Made by a program: the position numbers and the translations under genes. 64,000 nt of DNA from Pristiophorus japonicus. Its lineage: Eukaryota. A model generated the notes under the pieces. It was given only the letters and a program-made list of their open reading frames with translations, did no database searches and had not been told where the DNA came from. The stretch is taken from the NCBI RefSeq assembly GCF_044704955.1, contig NC_091989.1:98580001-98644000 (forward strand), in the 5' to 3' direction. Shown here piece by piece: positions 36,876-49,968 of this stretch. How positions within the stretch are numbered: position 1 is the stretch's first letter; each line of letters starts with the position of its first letter.

Positions 36876-39800
36876 TGTTATATATGTAAACCTGTAAATA
36901 ACTTGTTTAACCACCAGAGGGCTCATCGCCTGGAATCCCAAGGGATCCCACAATCCCTTGGGAGCGTCGGTACTTAAGGATGCCTCACAGGCTGGAGAGG
37001 CACTCTGGGGACCTGCAATAAATACAAAGGTCACACTTTACTTTGAGCTCACAGTTTCTGGTCTGACTCTTTATTCATACACTACAACTGGCGACGAGAT
37101 ACAGATATCGAACCCCACCGCAACGATGCAGAGAACAGTGGGCATCGTGGAGAAGTTTTCGGAGGGAGATGATTGGGAAATTTTCGTGGAGTGACTCAAC
37201 CAATACTTCATGGCCAACGAGCTGGAAGGAGAAGTGAATGCTGCCAAACAAAGGGCGATTCTCTTCACCGTTTCAGGGCACCAATGTATGGCCTCATGAA
37301 AAATCTGCTTGCTCCAGCAAAACCAACAGAGAAATCATAGGATAAAAGTGCACACTGGTCCGGGAGCATCTTAATCCGAAGGAAAGCATTCTGATGGCGA
37401 GGTACCGGTTCTACACATGCAAGAGGTCTGAAGGCCAGGAAGTGGTGAGCTATGTCGCCGAGCTGAGACGACTTGCAGGACATTGTGAATTTGAAAGACA
37501 TTTGGAGCACATGCTCAGGGACTTCTTTGCACTAATCATTGGCCATGAAGTAACACTCAGCAAACTTTTGACTGTAGAGACCCCAATTTTGAGTAAAGCC
37601 ACAGCGATAGCCCAGGCATTCAGCACCACCAGTGACAATATCAAGCAAATCTCTCAGCACAGAGTGCTGCTACAAGTACTGTGAACAAAGTAATGTTGTT
37701 TTCGAATCGTAATGTACAGGGCAGGCCTCACATGCCTCCAGCTACACATCCGCAGATGTCTCAGAATCCACCATCAAGGGTGATGAATGCTAGGCCATTA
37801 ATAGCTTTTTGGCGCTGCAGGGGTGATCATAATTTCCATTCATGCCGCTTCAAAGGATACGTTTGCAAGGGCTACGGAACAATGGGACATCTCCAATGTG
37901 TGTGCAGGCGAGCTGCAAATCCTGCAAACCACTATGTTGCAGAGGAGGACAGATCCACGGTGGATCACGACGAACCAGAGCCTCAGACCGAGGAGGCAGA
38001 GGTATATGGGGTGCACACATTTACCACAAAGTGTCCCCCGATAATCGCTAAAAGTTGAATTAAATGGACTCCCGGTGTCAATGGAGCTGGACACGGGTGC
38101 GAGCCAATCCATTATGAGCAAAAAGACTTTCGATAACTTGTGGTGCAGCAAAGCCTTAAGGCCAGTCCTGTCTCCCATTTGAACTAAACTGAGAACTTAC
38201 ACAAAGAAATTGATTCCCGTAATCGGCAGTGCTATTGTAAAGGTCTCCTACGATGGAGCGGTGCACAAGTCCGCTCTGGGTGGTACCGGGCGATGGCCCC
38301 ACGCTACTCAGCAGGAGCTGGCTGGGGAAGATACGCTGGAACTGGGACGACGTCCGAGCGCTCTCACGTCAACGAAAGTTCATGTGCCCAGGTCCTAAAA
38401 AAGTTCCCCTCGCTATTCGAACCAGGAATCGGGAAGTTCCAAGGAGCAAAAGTGCAGATCCACCTAATTCCTGGGGTACGACCCATCCACCACAAGACGA
38501 GAGCAGTACCATACATGATGAGATAGAGGGTGGAGATCGAGCTGGACCAGCTGCAATGAGAGGGCATCATTTCGCCGATCGAATTCAACGAGTGGGCCAG
38601 TCCAATTGTTCCAGTCCTCAAGGGAGACGGCACGGTCAGAATCTGTGGTGATTACAAAGTAGCTATCAATTGTTGCTCGTTGCAGGATCAAGACCCACTA
38701 CCAAAGGCAGACAACTTTTTTGTGACGCTGGCGGAAGGAAAGACGTTCACGAAGCTGGACTTGACCTCGGCTTACATGATGCAGAAGCTGGAGGAATCAT
38801 CGAAGGCCCTCACCTGCATCAACACACACAAAGGCCTCTTCATCTACAACAGATGCCCATTTGGGATTCGATCAGCCGCGACGATATTCCAGAGAAACAT
38901 GGAAAGCTTACTGAAGTCAGTCCCATACACCGTGGTCTTCCAGGACGACATCTTGGTTACAGGTCGGGACACAGTCGAGCATCTGCAGAACCTGGAGGAG
39001 GTTCTTAGTCGGCTTAATCGTGTGGAGCTCAGGTTAAAATGCTCATTTTCCTGGTGCCTGAGGTGGAGTTCCTGGGGAGAAGAATCGCGGCGGACGGCAT
39101 CAGGCCCACCGATTTGAAGATGGGGGCAATCGAGAACGCACCGAGGCCACAGAACGCGATGGAGCTGCTTTCATTTCTAGGACTCCTGAACTAATTTGGT
39201 AACTTCTTACCGGGTTGCAGCACACTTTTAGAACCACTGCATGCTTTACTGTGTAAGGGAAATGAATGGGTATGGGGTAAAAGCCAAGAAAATGCCTTTG
39301 GAAAAGCTAGAAAACTGTTATGCTCAAACAAATTGCTTGTGTTGCATGATCCATGTAAGTGTTTGGTACTAGCATGTGATGCATTGTCATACGGTGTCAG
39401 GTGTGTGTTGCAACAAGCTAATGAATCTGGGAAATTGCAACTGGTTGCTTATGCATCCAGAAGTCTGTCTAAGGCTGAGAGAGCCTACAGCCTGATTGAA
39501 AAAGAAGGGTTAGCGTGTGTTTATGGGGTAAAGAAAATGCATCAATATCTGTTTGGCCTCAAATTTGAATTGGAAACTGACCATAAGCCCCTGATATCCC
39601 TCTTTTCAGAAAGTAAGTAGATAAATACGAATGCATTGGCCCGCATCCAGAGATGGGCGCTCATGTTGTCCGCATACAACTATGCCATCCGCCACAGGCC
39701 AGGCACAGAGAACTGTGCTGATGCTCTCAGTAGGTTACCATCGCCCACCATGGGGGTGGAAATGGTACAGCCCGCAGATTTAGCTGTGGTAATGAAAGCA

Positions 39801-40891
39801 TTCGAGAGTGAGCAATCACCTATTACCGCCCGACATATTAGTTCCTAGACGAGCCAGGACACCTTACTATCCTTAGCAAAAAACTGTGTGCTTCATGGGA
39901 GCTGGTCCAGTTTCCCATTAGAAATGCAGGAAGAAATAAAGCCGTACCAGCGGCGCAAAGATAAAATGTATTTACAGGCAGACTGCCTTCTGTGGGGTAA
40001 TCGGGTATTGGTACCAAAAAAGGGCAGGGACACTTTCATTAGTGATCTCCACAGTACCCACCCAGGCATTACAATGATGAAAGCGATAGCCAGATCCCAT
40101 GTGTGGTGGCCCGGTATCGATACGGACTTAGAGTCCTGCGTGCACAAATGTAGCACATGTTCACAGTTAAGCAATGTACCCAGGGAGACGCCACTAAGTT
40201 TATGGTCTTTGCCCTCCAAACCCTGATCTAGGGTCTATGTTGACGATGCAGGCCCTTTTCTTGGGAAAATGTTTCTAGTGGTTGTAGATGTGTACTCCAA
40301 ATGGATTGAAGGTGAGATAATGTCGGCAAGCACGTCCGCTGCCACCACTGAAAGCCTGCGAGCCATGTTTGCCACGCATGGCCTGCCTGATGTCCTTGTG
40401 AGTGACAATGGGCTGTGTTTCACCAGTGCCGAGTTCAAAGAGTTCATGACCTGCAATGGGATCAAACGTGTCACATCTGCCCTGTTCAAACCAGCATCCA
40501 ATGGTCAGGCAGAGAGAGCAGTGCAAACAATCAAACAGAGCTTGAAGAGGGTAACTGAAGGTTCACTGCAGACTTGCCTATCCCGAGTCCTGCTTAGTTA
40601 CCGCAGGAGACCCCACTCGCTCACTGGGATTCCACCCGCTGAACTGCTCATGAAAAGGGCACTTAAGATAAGGCTCTCGTTAGTCCACCTGGATCTACAC
40701 GAACAGGTAGAGAGCAGGCGGCTTCAACAAAGTCAATATCATGATAGCCCAAATGTGTCACGTGAAATTGAGATTAATGATCCTGTATTTGTGTTGAATT
40801 TTGGACAAGGTCGCAAGTGGCTTCCCAGCACTGCCGTGGCCAAAGAGGGGAGTAGGTTGTTTCGGTTCAAACTTTCAAATGGACTCATCTA
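36876..40891 (+). mobile_element. Gypsy (Mag-like) LTR retrotransposon: 5' LTR, gag, PR, RT, RNase H, IN; decayed, 3' LTR missing
   Basis: LTR 36876-37086 and PBS TGGCGACGAG at 37089-37098. ELDTGAS protease, FQDD RT, ACDA/ETDHKPL RNase H, HHCC and VSDNG integrase motifs. Many stops. Confidence 0.94.
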
Positions 40892-43800
40892 TTGAAGGAT
40901 TGCTCACCTCATCCACCACCATCTGGGGAGTGCACCCCAAGAAACACCACCCATCGCTGTGAGGGGAGACCTGCCCCCGCAGCTTCCCTCTTTCCCACCC
41001 CCCACTCTCTTTCTCTCTCTCTCTGTCTCTCCCCTCTCTCTCTGAGAGCCCTTTCCTCCTAATTTGGAAAAAAACAATTAAGACAACTGAGCAGAGGGAG
41101 CAAGGCCCCTCCCCAATTGTCAACTAGGGGAGAGGTGTGCCTCATTGAGAGCACCTCTGCTCAGACACTTAAATGAGGCCAATTAAGAACATTAAGGCCT
41201 GTGACTTTAGGGTGGGTGTAGCCCTTAAAGGGACCCCGTGATGGCGACCCCATCCACGCCGGTGGCGGGGTCAGCAACGACATACGCGCAGGCGGCGTCC
41301 ACATCCACGGCGCCTCCTGCGCCTCCTGCTGCCCTGCCACCATTCAGACTTGTAACAAAAAAACACGGGGTCAAGAGCTGCACTCACCCCACAATGAGCA
41401 TCGAGGAGTGCGTGCGGGCAATGGCTGGGGTAGTCGGCCCCTCGGCCATTGTCGCAGCCTCCAAGATGTCTGGGAAGGCCATGTTCTTCCTGGGGTTGGA
41501 GCGGGCGGTGTACCTGACCCTTGAAAAGGGGCTCACGGTGGGCAGGACGTTCCTGCCGGTGGACCCTCTCGAGGCCACAGCGCAGAGGGTCATCCTTTCT
41601 AACGTCTCGCCCTTTGTTCCCGCTGAGCTCCTCCTCCCTCACCTACACCAACTGGGGGAGGTAAGGTCGGGGATTAACCCCATACTGCTCGGCCTCAGGG
41701 AGAACAGCCTGCGCCACGTCTTCTCCTTCGCCGCCAACTTTTTGTCCGGCTGGCGCAGGAGGAGACGACAGAGGGATCATTTAATGTGGTGCACGAGGGG
41801 ACTGCCTACCGCATCTTCTGAACGTTGGACGGCGTGCGGTGCCATGCCTGCAGAGAGGTGGGGCATGTTCGGAAAAACTGCCCCGCCTCCAGGGCCGCCA
41901 AACCATCGAAGGCGGCCAAGGCTGGCGCCGCCGCCACCCCTCCCCCTAGTTGCATCCGCATGCCGGGAGCTGTTGGTGTGCGGGCATCATCAGGGGCCTT
42001 TGTTTTCACGGCCTCTGGCGGGGGGTAGGGAGAGCGTCCGATCGGAAAGAAGGCGCGGAAGAAGGCGAAACATCTTGAGGCGGGTCCCCTCAGTGAGCCA
42101 GACAGTTTGATCACCGCGCTTAGCCCAACCCAGTCATCGGCGAGCACGGGGTGCCCTGAGCCTGTGCCCGAGCCCTTGACCAATACCTCAGCGGGGTTCG
42201 GGCGCGGGCAAGATAAGAAAAAGGGGGGAATGGAGCGGGAGGCCTCGGCAGACATGGAGGCCTCCCTGCCTCCGCGCCCCCCCAGGAACAAAAGGAGGCA
42301 CCGCTCCAATGAGGCGGAGGGGGAACAACATCCCTCCGCAGAGGAATCGGTGCCCGCCGCGTGTCCCGCGTCCCCCACCAGCGCCCCCAAACTGCGCCGT
42401 AGGCAGGAGGAATCTGTCCCCGGGGAGGGTGAGGCAGTCGAGGCTGGGGGATGGCGTGGAAGATCTGCCTGTCGTGGGGGGCGCAGAGCCAGCGGAGGAA
42501 TGCGTTGCTGCCAGGTTGAGCGTCCCGGGGACTGAGTCGGGCGGGGCTGAAAAGGCCGAACTTGAGCCCACCCAGCTATTAACCAACTTCCCCCGGGAGT
42601 CGCTCGACCCGGAAGAAACAGAAAATGTGAACAATTTTAACGATTCTGTGTACGCTGGGCCGGGGGTGGCGGCGGGGAGGGGGAAGAACAACAACCCTCG
42701 CCCCCTACTTTGGAGCTGGGGCACTTGGAGGACCTGGAGAATTACTTTGGCCAGGTCTCTCCATGTTCCCCGGTTCCTGGGGCGGAGGAGGAACCTCTTC
42801 CGCTGTCGCTTCCTGACCCAGCACCACTTTTAAAAGAGCCCAGTGGGGACTCCTCTGCCGACGATCCTGGGGATGGGATCGGGGCAGAGCCAGGGCCGGA
42901 TGGAGCGGCCGGGCCGTTTGCCGTACCTCGTGCGGTCGACGGGCCGGCTGCTGGCGGCGACCGCCCGGAGGGGGACGGGGACTCGGTGGGGGACTCGGGA
43001 GAAGATCTTGAGTCCATCGCCAGTGAGGCGGTGGAACTCCTCGTGCCCGCCGCTGAGCCCCCCTCATTCCTGTAAAGGAACTCCGGGACTTTTTGGCCCA
43101 GAGCCAGGGTCGCCGCAACCGAGCCCATCTGACCCGGGAAAAATGGTCCGAGCCGGGGCTGCTCATCGCGTCTGTCCGCGCCGCCGCTAAAACCATGGCC
43201 GCGGGCGGGCACTTATCAAAGGCGCAAGGCCTTGAGCTGCGCCGGCTCAAAAGGTTCCTCGCTGGGCTGCTGAAGGAGTGGAGGTCAACAAACGACTCCA
43301 CTCCCCCCCCCACAATAGGTTAGGTAGAGGTTGCACTATGCTTTTGCCATGAAGATAACCATAGCCAGCCTCAACATCAACGGCGGCAGAGAGATACGCC
43401 GTAGATTTAACAAATTTTCGCTCCTGCGGGAGGGGAAATATGCGGTGTGCTTCCTGCAAGAAACCCACACCGTTCCGGGAGACGAAGCCACGTGGCTCCT
43501 GGAATGGCAAGGAGAGGTCTGCATGAGCCACTTCTTGTGGGGTGGCCATCTTGCTGGCCCCGCATTTTCAACCGGAGATCTTGGGGGTCGAGGAGCCCGT
43601 GCCAGGCCGCTTGCTGCACGTCACGGTTCGCCTGGGGGACGTGCCGCTCCATCTCGTGAACCTATACGCCTCTCAGCCCGGCCCGCAGCAAGCGCGATTC
43701 TTCGAAGAAGTGTCCGCTCTTCTTGGCTCCGTCGACGTCGGCGACTGCATTGTCCTCGGGGGGGATTTTAACTGCACCCTCGAGGCGAGGGACCGCTCCG

Positions 43801-46800
43801 GTGCCCCGCAGAGCATTACGGCGATCAAGAAGTTGAGGGAGCTGGTCGGGTCCTTCGACTTGGTGGACGTCTGGCGAAATCTCCACCCCGACTCCAGCGC
43901 CTTTACTTGGGTGAGGCCTGGAGTAGGATGGTCCAGAATCGACCGCCTTTACGTGTCTCGGGCTTACGTTTCCTGCGTCCCGGCGGCCTCCATGCGGCCG
44001 GTGCCGTGTTCGGACCACCACCTGGTGTGGGCGGAGCTCGCTTCACTCCGTGCGATGACGGGGTCCGCGTACTGGCATTTTAACAACCAGCTGCTGGAGG
44101 ACGTGCGGTTCCAGGATTCGTTCCGTTGTTTCTGGGCTGACTGGAGAAGGAAGCAGGGGGGCTTCCCTTCCTTGAAGCTATGGTGGGACATGGGCAAGGC
44201 TCACGTCCGCGTCTTCTGTCACGAGTACGCGAGGGGGTCGACCAAAAGGCGGGCGCCCAGGGTCGGGCGCCTAGAAAAAGAGGTGCTCGACCTGGAGTCC
44301 CGTCTCCGTCAAGTCGTCGAGGACCCGGCCCTGCGGACGTGTACGAAGCGAAGAAGGCCGCGCTGAAGGACCTGCAGCTCGTCGGGTCCCGATGCGCGTT
44401 CGTGAGGTCACGGATCCGGTTCCTGCGGGATCTGGATCGCAGCTCCCCCTTCTTCTACTCGCTGGAAAAAAGACAGAGTGTCCGTAAGCAGCTCTTGACG
44501 CTGCTGGCCGACGACGGCTCTCGTCTCGGATCCGGAGGGCGTCAACAACAGGGCCCGTGAATATTACGGGGCTCTGTTCTCTCCGGATCCGTCCAGTGAG
44601 GAAGCGCGTAGAGTTTTGTGGGAGGACCTGCCGAAGCTCAGCCCGGAGGGCGCCGAAAATCTGGAAGCTCCGCTAAGCCTGGCGGAGCTGACCGGCGCCT
44701 TCGCCCGGCTCTCGAGGGGAAAAGCCCCAGGGCTGGACGGGCTGACCGTGGAGTTCCACACGGCGTTCTGGGACATCCTGGGGGGCGACTATGCGCGGGT
44801 CCTGGGGGAAAGTCTGGCGACCGGGGAGATGCCCCTCTCTTGGCGCAGGGCAGTCATCGTCCTGCTGCCTAAGAAGGGCGATCTCCGCCTCCTTAAAAAC
44901 TGGTGCCCGGTCTCCCTCCTCAGGATTACAAAATCTTCGCCAGGGCGATGTCTGCTCGCCTTGGCGCCGTGCTGGACCACATGATCCACCCCGACCAGTC
45001 CTACACGGTCCCGGGCCGGACAATCCACGATAACACCCCTCCGCGGAGGAGTTGGTGCCCACCGCGTGTCCCGCGTCCCCCACCAGCGCCCCCAAACTGC
45101 GCCGTAGGCAAGCGGAATCTGTCCCCGGGGAGGGTGGGGCAGTCGAGGCTGCCCAGCCTCTGCCTCCCGGGGATGGCATGGAAGATCTGCCTGTCATGGG
45201 GAGCGTGGGGCCAGCGGAGGAATGGGTTGCTGCCGGGTTGAGCGTCCTGGGGACTGAGGCAGGCGGGGCCGAAAAGGCCGAACCTGAGCCCGCCCAGCTA
45301 TAAACCAGGTCTCTCCATGCTCCCAGGTTCCTGGGGCGGAAGAGGAACCCCTTCCGCTGTCGCTTCCTGACCCAGCACCACTTTTAAAAGAGCCCAGTGG
45401 GGACTCCTCTGCCGACGATCCTGGGGGTGGGATCGGGGCAGAGCCAGGGTCGAATGGAGCGGCCGGGCCGTTTGCCGTACCTCGTGCGTTCGACGGGCCG
45501 GCTGCTGGCGGCGACCTCCCGGAGGGGGACAGGGACTCGGTGGAGGACACGGGAGAAGATCTCGAGTCCATCGCCAGTGAGGCGGTGGATCTCCTCGCGC
45601 CGGCCGCTGAGTCCCCCCTCATTCCTGTTCAGGAACTCCGGGACTTTTTGGTCCAGAGCCAGGCTCGCCGCAACCGAGCCCATCTGACCCTGGAAAAATG
45701 GTCCGAGCCGGTGCTGCTCATCGCGTCCGTCCATGCCGCTGCTAAAACCATGGCCGCGGGCGGTCCCTTCTCAAAGGCGCAAGGCCTTGTGCTGCGCCGG
45801 CTCAAAAGGTTCCTCGCTGTGCTGCTGAGGGAGTAGATGTCAACAAACAACTCCATTCCCTCCCCCACAATAGGTTAGGTAGAGGTTGCACTATGCTGTT
45901 GTCATGGAAGATAACCATAGCCAGCCTCAACATCAACGGCGGCAGAGAGGCACGCCGTAGATTTAACAAATTTTCGCTCCTGCGGGAGGGGAAATATGCG
46001 GTGTGCTTCCTGCAAGAAACCCACATCGTTCCGGGAGATGAAGCCACGTGGCTCCTGGAATGGCAAGGAGAGGTCCGCATGAGCCACCTCACCGCCACTT
46101 CTTGTGGGGTGGCCATCTTGCTGGCCCAGCATTTTCAGCCGGAGATCTTGGGGGTCGAGGAGCCCATGCCAGGCCACTTGCTGCACATCATGGTTCACCT
46201 GGGGGACGTGCCGCTCCATCTCGTGAACGTGTACGCCCCTCAGCCCGGCCCGCAGCAAACGCGCTTCTTCGAAGAAGTGTCCGCTCTTCTTGGCTCCGTC
46301 GACGTCGGCGACTGCATTGTCCTCGGGGGCGATTTTAACTGCACCCTCGAGGCAAGGGACCGCTCCAGTGCCCCGCAGAGCATGACGGCGATCAAGAAGT
46401 TGAGGGAGCTGGTCGGGTCCTTCGACTTGGTGGACGTCTGCCGAAATCTCCACCCCGACTCCAGCGCCTTTACTTGGGTGAGGCCTGGAGTAGGATGGTC
46501 CAGAATCGACCGCCTTTACGTGTCTCGGGCATACGTTTCCTGCGTCCCGTTCGGACCACCACCTTGTGTGGGCGAAGCTCGCTTCGTTTCGCGCGTGGAC
46601 GGGGTCCGCGTACTGGCATTTTAACAACCAGCTGCTGGAGGACGAGCGGTTCCAGGACTCGTTCCGTCGTTTCTGGGCCGACTGGAGAAGGAAGCAGGGG
46701 GGCTTCCCCTCCTTGAGGCTATGGTGGGACGTGGGCAAGGCTCACATCCGCGTCTTCTGTCAAGAGTACGTGAGGGGGTCGACCAAGAGGCGGGCGGCCA

Positions 46801-49800
46801 GGGTCGAGTGCCTAGAAAAAGAGGTGCTCGACCTGGCGTCCCGTCTCGGTCAAGTCGTCGAGGACCCGGCCCTGCGGATGGTGTACAAAGCGAAGAAGGC
46901 CCCGCTGAAGGACTTGCAGTTCGTCGGGTCCCGAGGCGCGTTCGTGAGGTCGCGGATCCGGTTCCTGCAGGATCTGGACCGCGGCTCCCCCTTCTTCGAC
47001 TCACTGGAAAAAAGACAGAGTGTCCGTAAGCAGCTCTTGACGCTGCTGGCCGATGACGGCTCTCTCGTCTCGGATCCGGAGGGCGTCAACAACAGGGCCC
47101 GTGAATATTACGGGGCTCTGTTCTCTCCGGAGCCATCCAGCGAGGAAGCGCATAGAGTTTTGTGGGAGGACCTGCCGAAGGTCAGCCCGGAGGGCGCCGA
47201 AAATCTGGAAGCGCCGCTCAGCCTGGCGGAGCTGACCGGCGCCCTCGACCGGTTCTCGAGGGGAAAAGCCCCGGGGCTGGACGGGCTGACCATGGAGTTC
47301 CACAGGGCGTTCTGGGACGTCCTAGGCTGCGGCTACGCGCGAGTCCTGGGGGAAAGTCTGGCGAGCGGGGAGATGCCCCTCTCTTGGCGCAGGGCAGTCA
47401 TAGTCCTGCTGCCTAAGAAGGGCGATCTCCGCCTCCTTAAAAACTGGTGCCCGGTCTCCCTCCTCAGCACGGATTACAAAATCTTCGCCAGGGCGATGTC
47501 TGCTCGCCTTGGCGCCGTGCTGGACCACATGATCCACCCCGACCAGTCCTACACAGTCCCGGGCCGCACAATCCACGATAACATCCATCTGGTCCGGGAG
47601 CTCATCCATCATTCCCAGGAGGCTGCTCTGTCGGTCGCCTTCCTATCTCTCGACCAAGAGAACGTGTTCGACAGGGTGGATCATGACTATCTGTTCGGGA
47701 CTCTGCGCGCTCTCGGGTTCGGGACGCATTTCGTCGCCCGGATCCGACTTTTGTACGCCGCCGCGGAGTGTCTGATTAAGGTTAACGGGTCCTTGACGGC
47801 GCCCCTTCGCTTTGGGAGAGGGGTGCGCCAGGGATGCCCCATGTCCAGCCAGTTATATGCCATCTGCGTGGAGCCTTTCCTGCGCCTCCTGTGGATGAGG
47901 TTGACGGGACTGGCTCTGCAAGGGCCGGGCGTGGAGGTCGTCCTCTCGGCTTACGCCAATGACATGCTCCTAGCGGTAGCGGATCCCGCTGACCTGTGGA
48001 GGATGCGTGAGTGCCAGGAGATTTACTCGGCCGCATCCTCCACCAGGATCAACTGGGAGAAATGTTCCGGACTCCTGGTGGGTCAGTGGCAGGTGGACTC
48101 CCTGCCGGAGGAGCTCAGGCCTTTTGCCTGGAGCACGACCCATCTCCTCTACCTGGGAGTCTACCTTAGACCCGACAAGGAAGCCTGGCCGGCGAACTGG
48201 CAAGAGCTGGAGGCCAAGGTCGCCGCTCGCCTAGGGCGCTGGACAGGACTGCTCCGAGTGCAAGTCATAAACCAGCTGGTGGCCGCCATGCTGTGGTACC
48301 GGCTGGTCACTTTGACCCCTCCCCCTGCGTTTGTCAACAAGATACAGAAGAAGCTGGTGGCCTTCTTCTGGAACAACAGGAAGCACTGGGTCTCTGCCAC
48401 GGTCTTGAGTCTCCCGCTTGGGGAGGGCGGTCAGACGTTGGTGTGCGTCAGCGCCCAGCTCGCGACTTTCTGTCTTCAGACCCTGCAGAAATACCTTTAC
48501 GTCGAGCCCCCTCCTAGGTGGCGTGCTCTGGCGATGTATTTCTTCTGCCAGCAGCACGGCCTCAACTATGACACGCAGCTCCTGTTTGTGAGCTTGGGGG
48601 GCGTCAGGACCGCCGTCCAGGAGCTGCCTGTCTTTTACAAGGAACTCACCAGGGTCTGGAACAAAGTCTCCACAAAGCGCAGTTCTCCACCGGCTGGAGT
48701 GGCGGCTGTTCTGCAGGAGCCGCTGCTCGGGAATCCGTAGCTCCACGACCGAGGTTTTAGGTGGCGGTCGGACGAGAGGGCTGTGGCTGGTGAGGTGACC
48801 AGAGTCAGGGACCTGCTCGATGGCGGAGGAGCGGGCTGGATGGCGCCAGACACGCTGGCCGACTTCCGCCACGCGGCCGATGCCATCGAGTCGCTAAAAA
48901 CAGTTCTGGGCCCTGACTCCGTTAGGTCCATCGAGGAGGCTCAAGCACGTGGGGAGATCTCGTCCGAACTGACCCCCGTGCGGACGGAATTCCTCATCGG
49001 CGCCAAACCCCGGAACCTCCCTCGGGAGCCGGCGCCTCACAACTTGAGCCGCCTCGAGGAAATTCCCTCCGTGCCTTTCAGTTCCGCGCGGAGGGGTTTC
49101 CTGTACGGGCTGCTCCTGCACACTCTCAACTTTGCCATCCTCGCCGGCAGTCCGGACACGCCATGGCGTATCATATTGCCGTCCGGAGGAGGCGGGGGTC
49201 CCCGATGGAGGGCAATCTACGCGGGAGTCCTCCCACTATTTATCGGGGACATGGCCTGGAGGGTGGTGCACGGAGCAGTACCGTGCAACAAATTTTTAAG
49301 CCGGTTCACGGGCTCCCAGGCCGCCTGCAATTTCTGCGGTCTGGAAGAGTCCGTGTTCCATGTTTTTATTGAATGCACGAGGTTGCAGCCCCTGTTTTAT
49401 TATTTAAAGGGGCTGCTCCTGAAATTATGGCTGCACTTCAGTCCCACACACCTGATGTTTGCGGAGGGGAGCGGGTAGGTCCGAGGGCCTCCTCGTAGGA
49501 CTGCTCCTGGGCACGGCCAAGGGTGCCATCAGCCGATCCAGGCAGCGGGTAGTCGAGGGTGTCATTCAGCCTGACTGCCTGCCTCTCTTCCACGCGTACA
49601 TCCGCGCCAGGGTGTCCTTGGAGATGGAGCACGCGGTGTCCACCAGTACGCTCGCGGCCTTCTGCAAGAGGTGGGCGCCGGAGGGACTGGAGTGCATCGT
49701 TACCCCCGGCAACCAAATTTTAATTTGATTTTATTTATTTTACAGTTTGATTTGTTTTAATTGCCGGTTTTAGTGTCCCCCTCCCCTTTTATAGGGGGCA

Positions 49801-49968
49801 CTTGTAGAATTTATGATTTTATGGCCCCAAAAATAATATATTTTTAAGTCAAAAAAAAAGTTTTAAAAAAAGAAAAAAAAAAGGGCAGTTTGAAAAATGT
49901 TTGGAGTGTCCCCCAGATTGGGGGGCATTTGATTTAATGTTTATTTCGTTATCCAACCAAAAAGAGTT
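40892..49968 (+). mobile_element. Tx1-clade (L1 group) LINE, apparently full length, with a 2.7-kb internal tandem duplication
   Basis: ORF1 from 41238 with a CHACREVGHVRKNC knuckle. ORF2 has APE (ITIASLNING, FLQETH, GGDFN, SDH), RT (GVRQGCP, YAND) and C-terminal CNFC...HVFIEC. AT-rich 3' UTR; CpG-rich body. Confidence 0.92.
46566..48740 (+). CDS. Longest open segment of Tx1 ORF2 (RT domain), 724 aa
   Basis: ORF track. The RT motif is YAND rather than YADD and a stop precedes the C-terminal domain, so it is probably inactive. Confidence 0.8.
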   Translation: MWAKLASFRAWTGSAYWHFNNQLLEDERFQDSFRRFWADWRRKQGGFPSLRLWWDVGKAHIRVFCQEYVRGSTKRRAARVECLEKEVLDLASRLGQVVEDPALRMVYKAKKAPLKDLQFVGSRGAFVRSRIRFLQDLDRGSPFFDSLEKRQSVRKQLLTLLADDGSLVSDPEGVNNRAREYYGALFSPEPSSEEAHRVLWEDLPKVSPEGAENLEAPLSLAELTGALDRFSRGKAPGLDGLTMEFHRAFWDVLGCGYARVLGESLASGEMPLSWRRAVIVLLPKKGDLRLLKNWCPVSLLSTDYKIFARAMSARLGAVLDHMIHPDQSYTVPGRTIHDNIHLVRELIHHSQEAALSVAFLSLDQENVFDRVDHDYLFGTLRALGFGTHFVARIRLLYAAAECLIKVNGSLTAPLRFGRGVRQGCPMSSQLYAICVEPFLRLLWMRLTGLALQGPGVEVVLSAYANDMLLAVADPADLWRMRECQEIYSAASSTRINWEKCSGLLVGQWQVDSLPEELRPFAWSTTHLLYLGVYLRPDKEAWPANWQELEAKVAARLGRWTGLLRVQVINQLVAAMLWYRLVTLTPPPAFVNKIQKKLVAFFWNNRKHWVSATVLSLPLGEGGQTLVCVSAQLATFCLQTLQKYLYVEPPPRWRALAMYFFCQQHGLNYDTQLLFVSLGGVRTAVQELPVFYKELTRVWNKVSTKRSSPPAGVAAVLQEPLLGNP

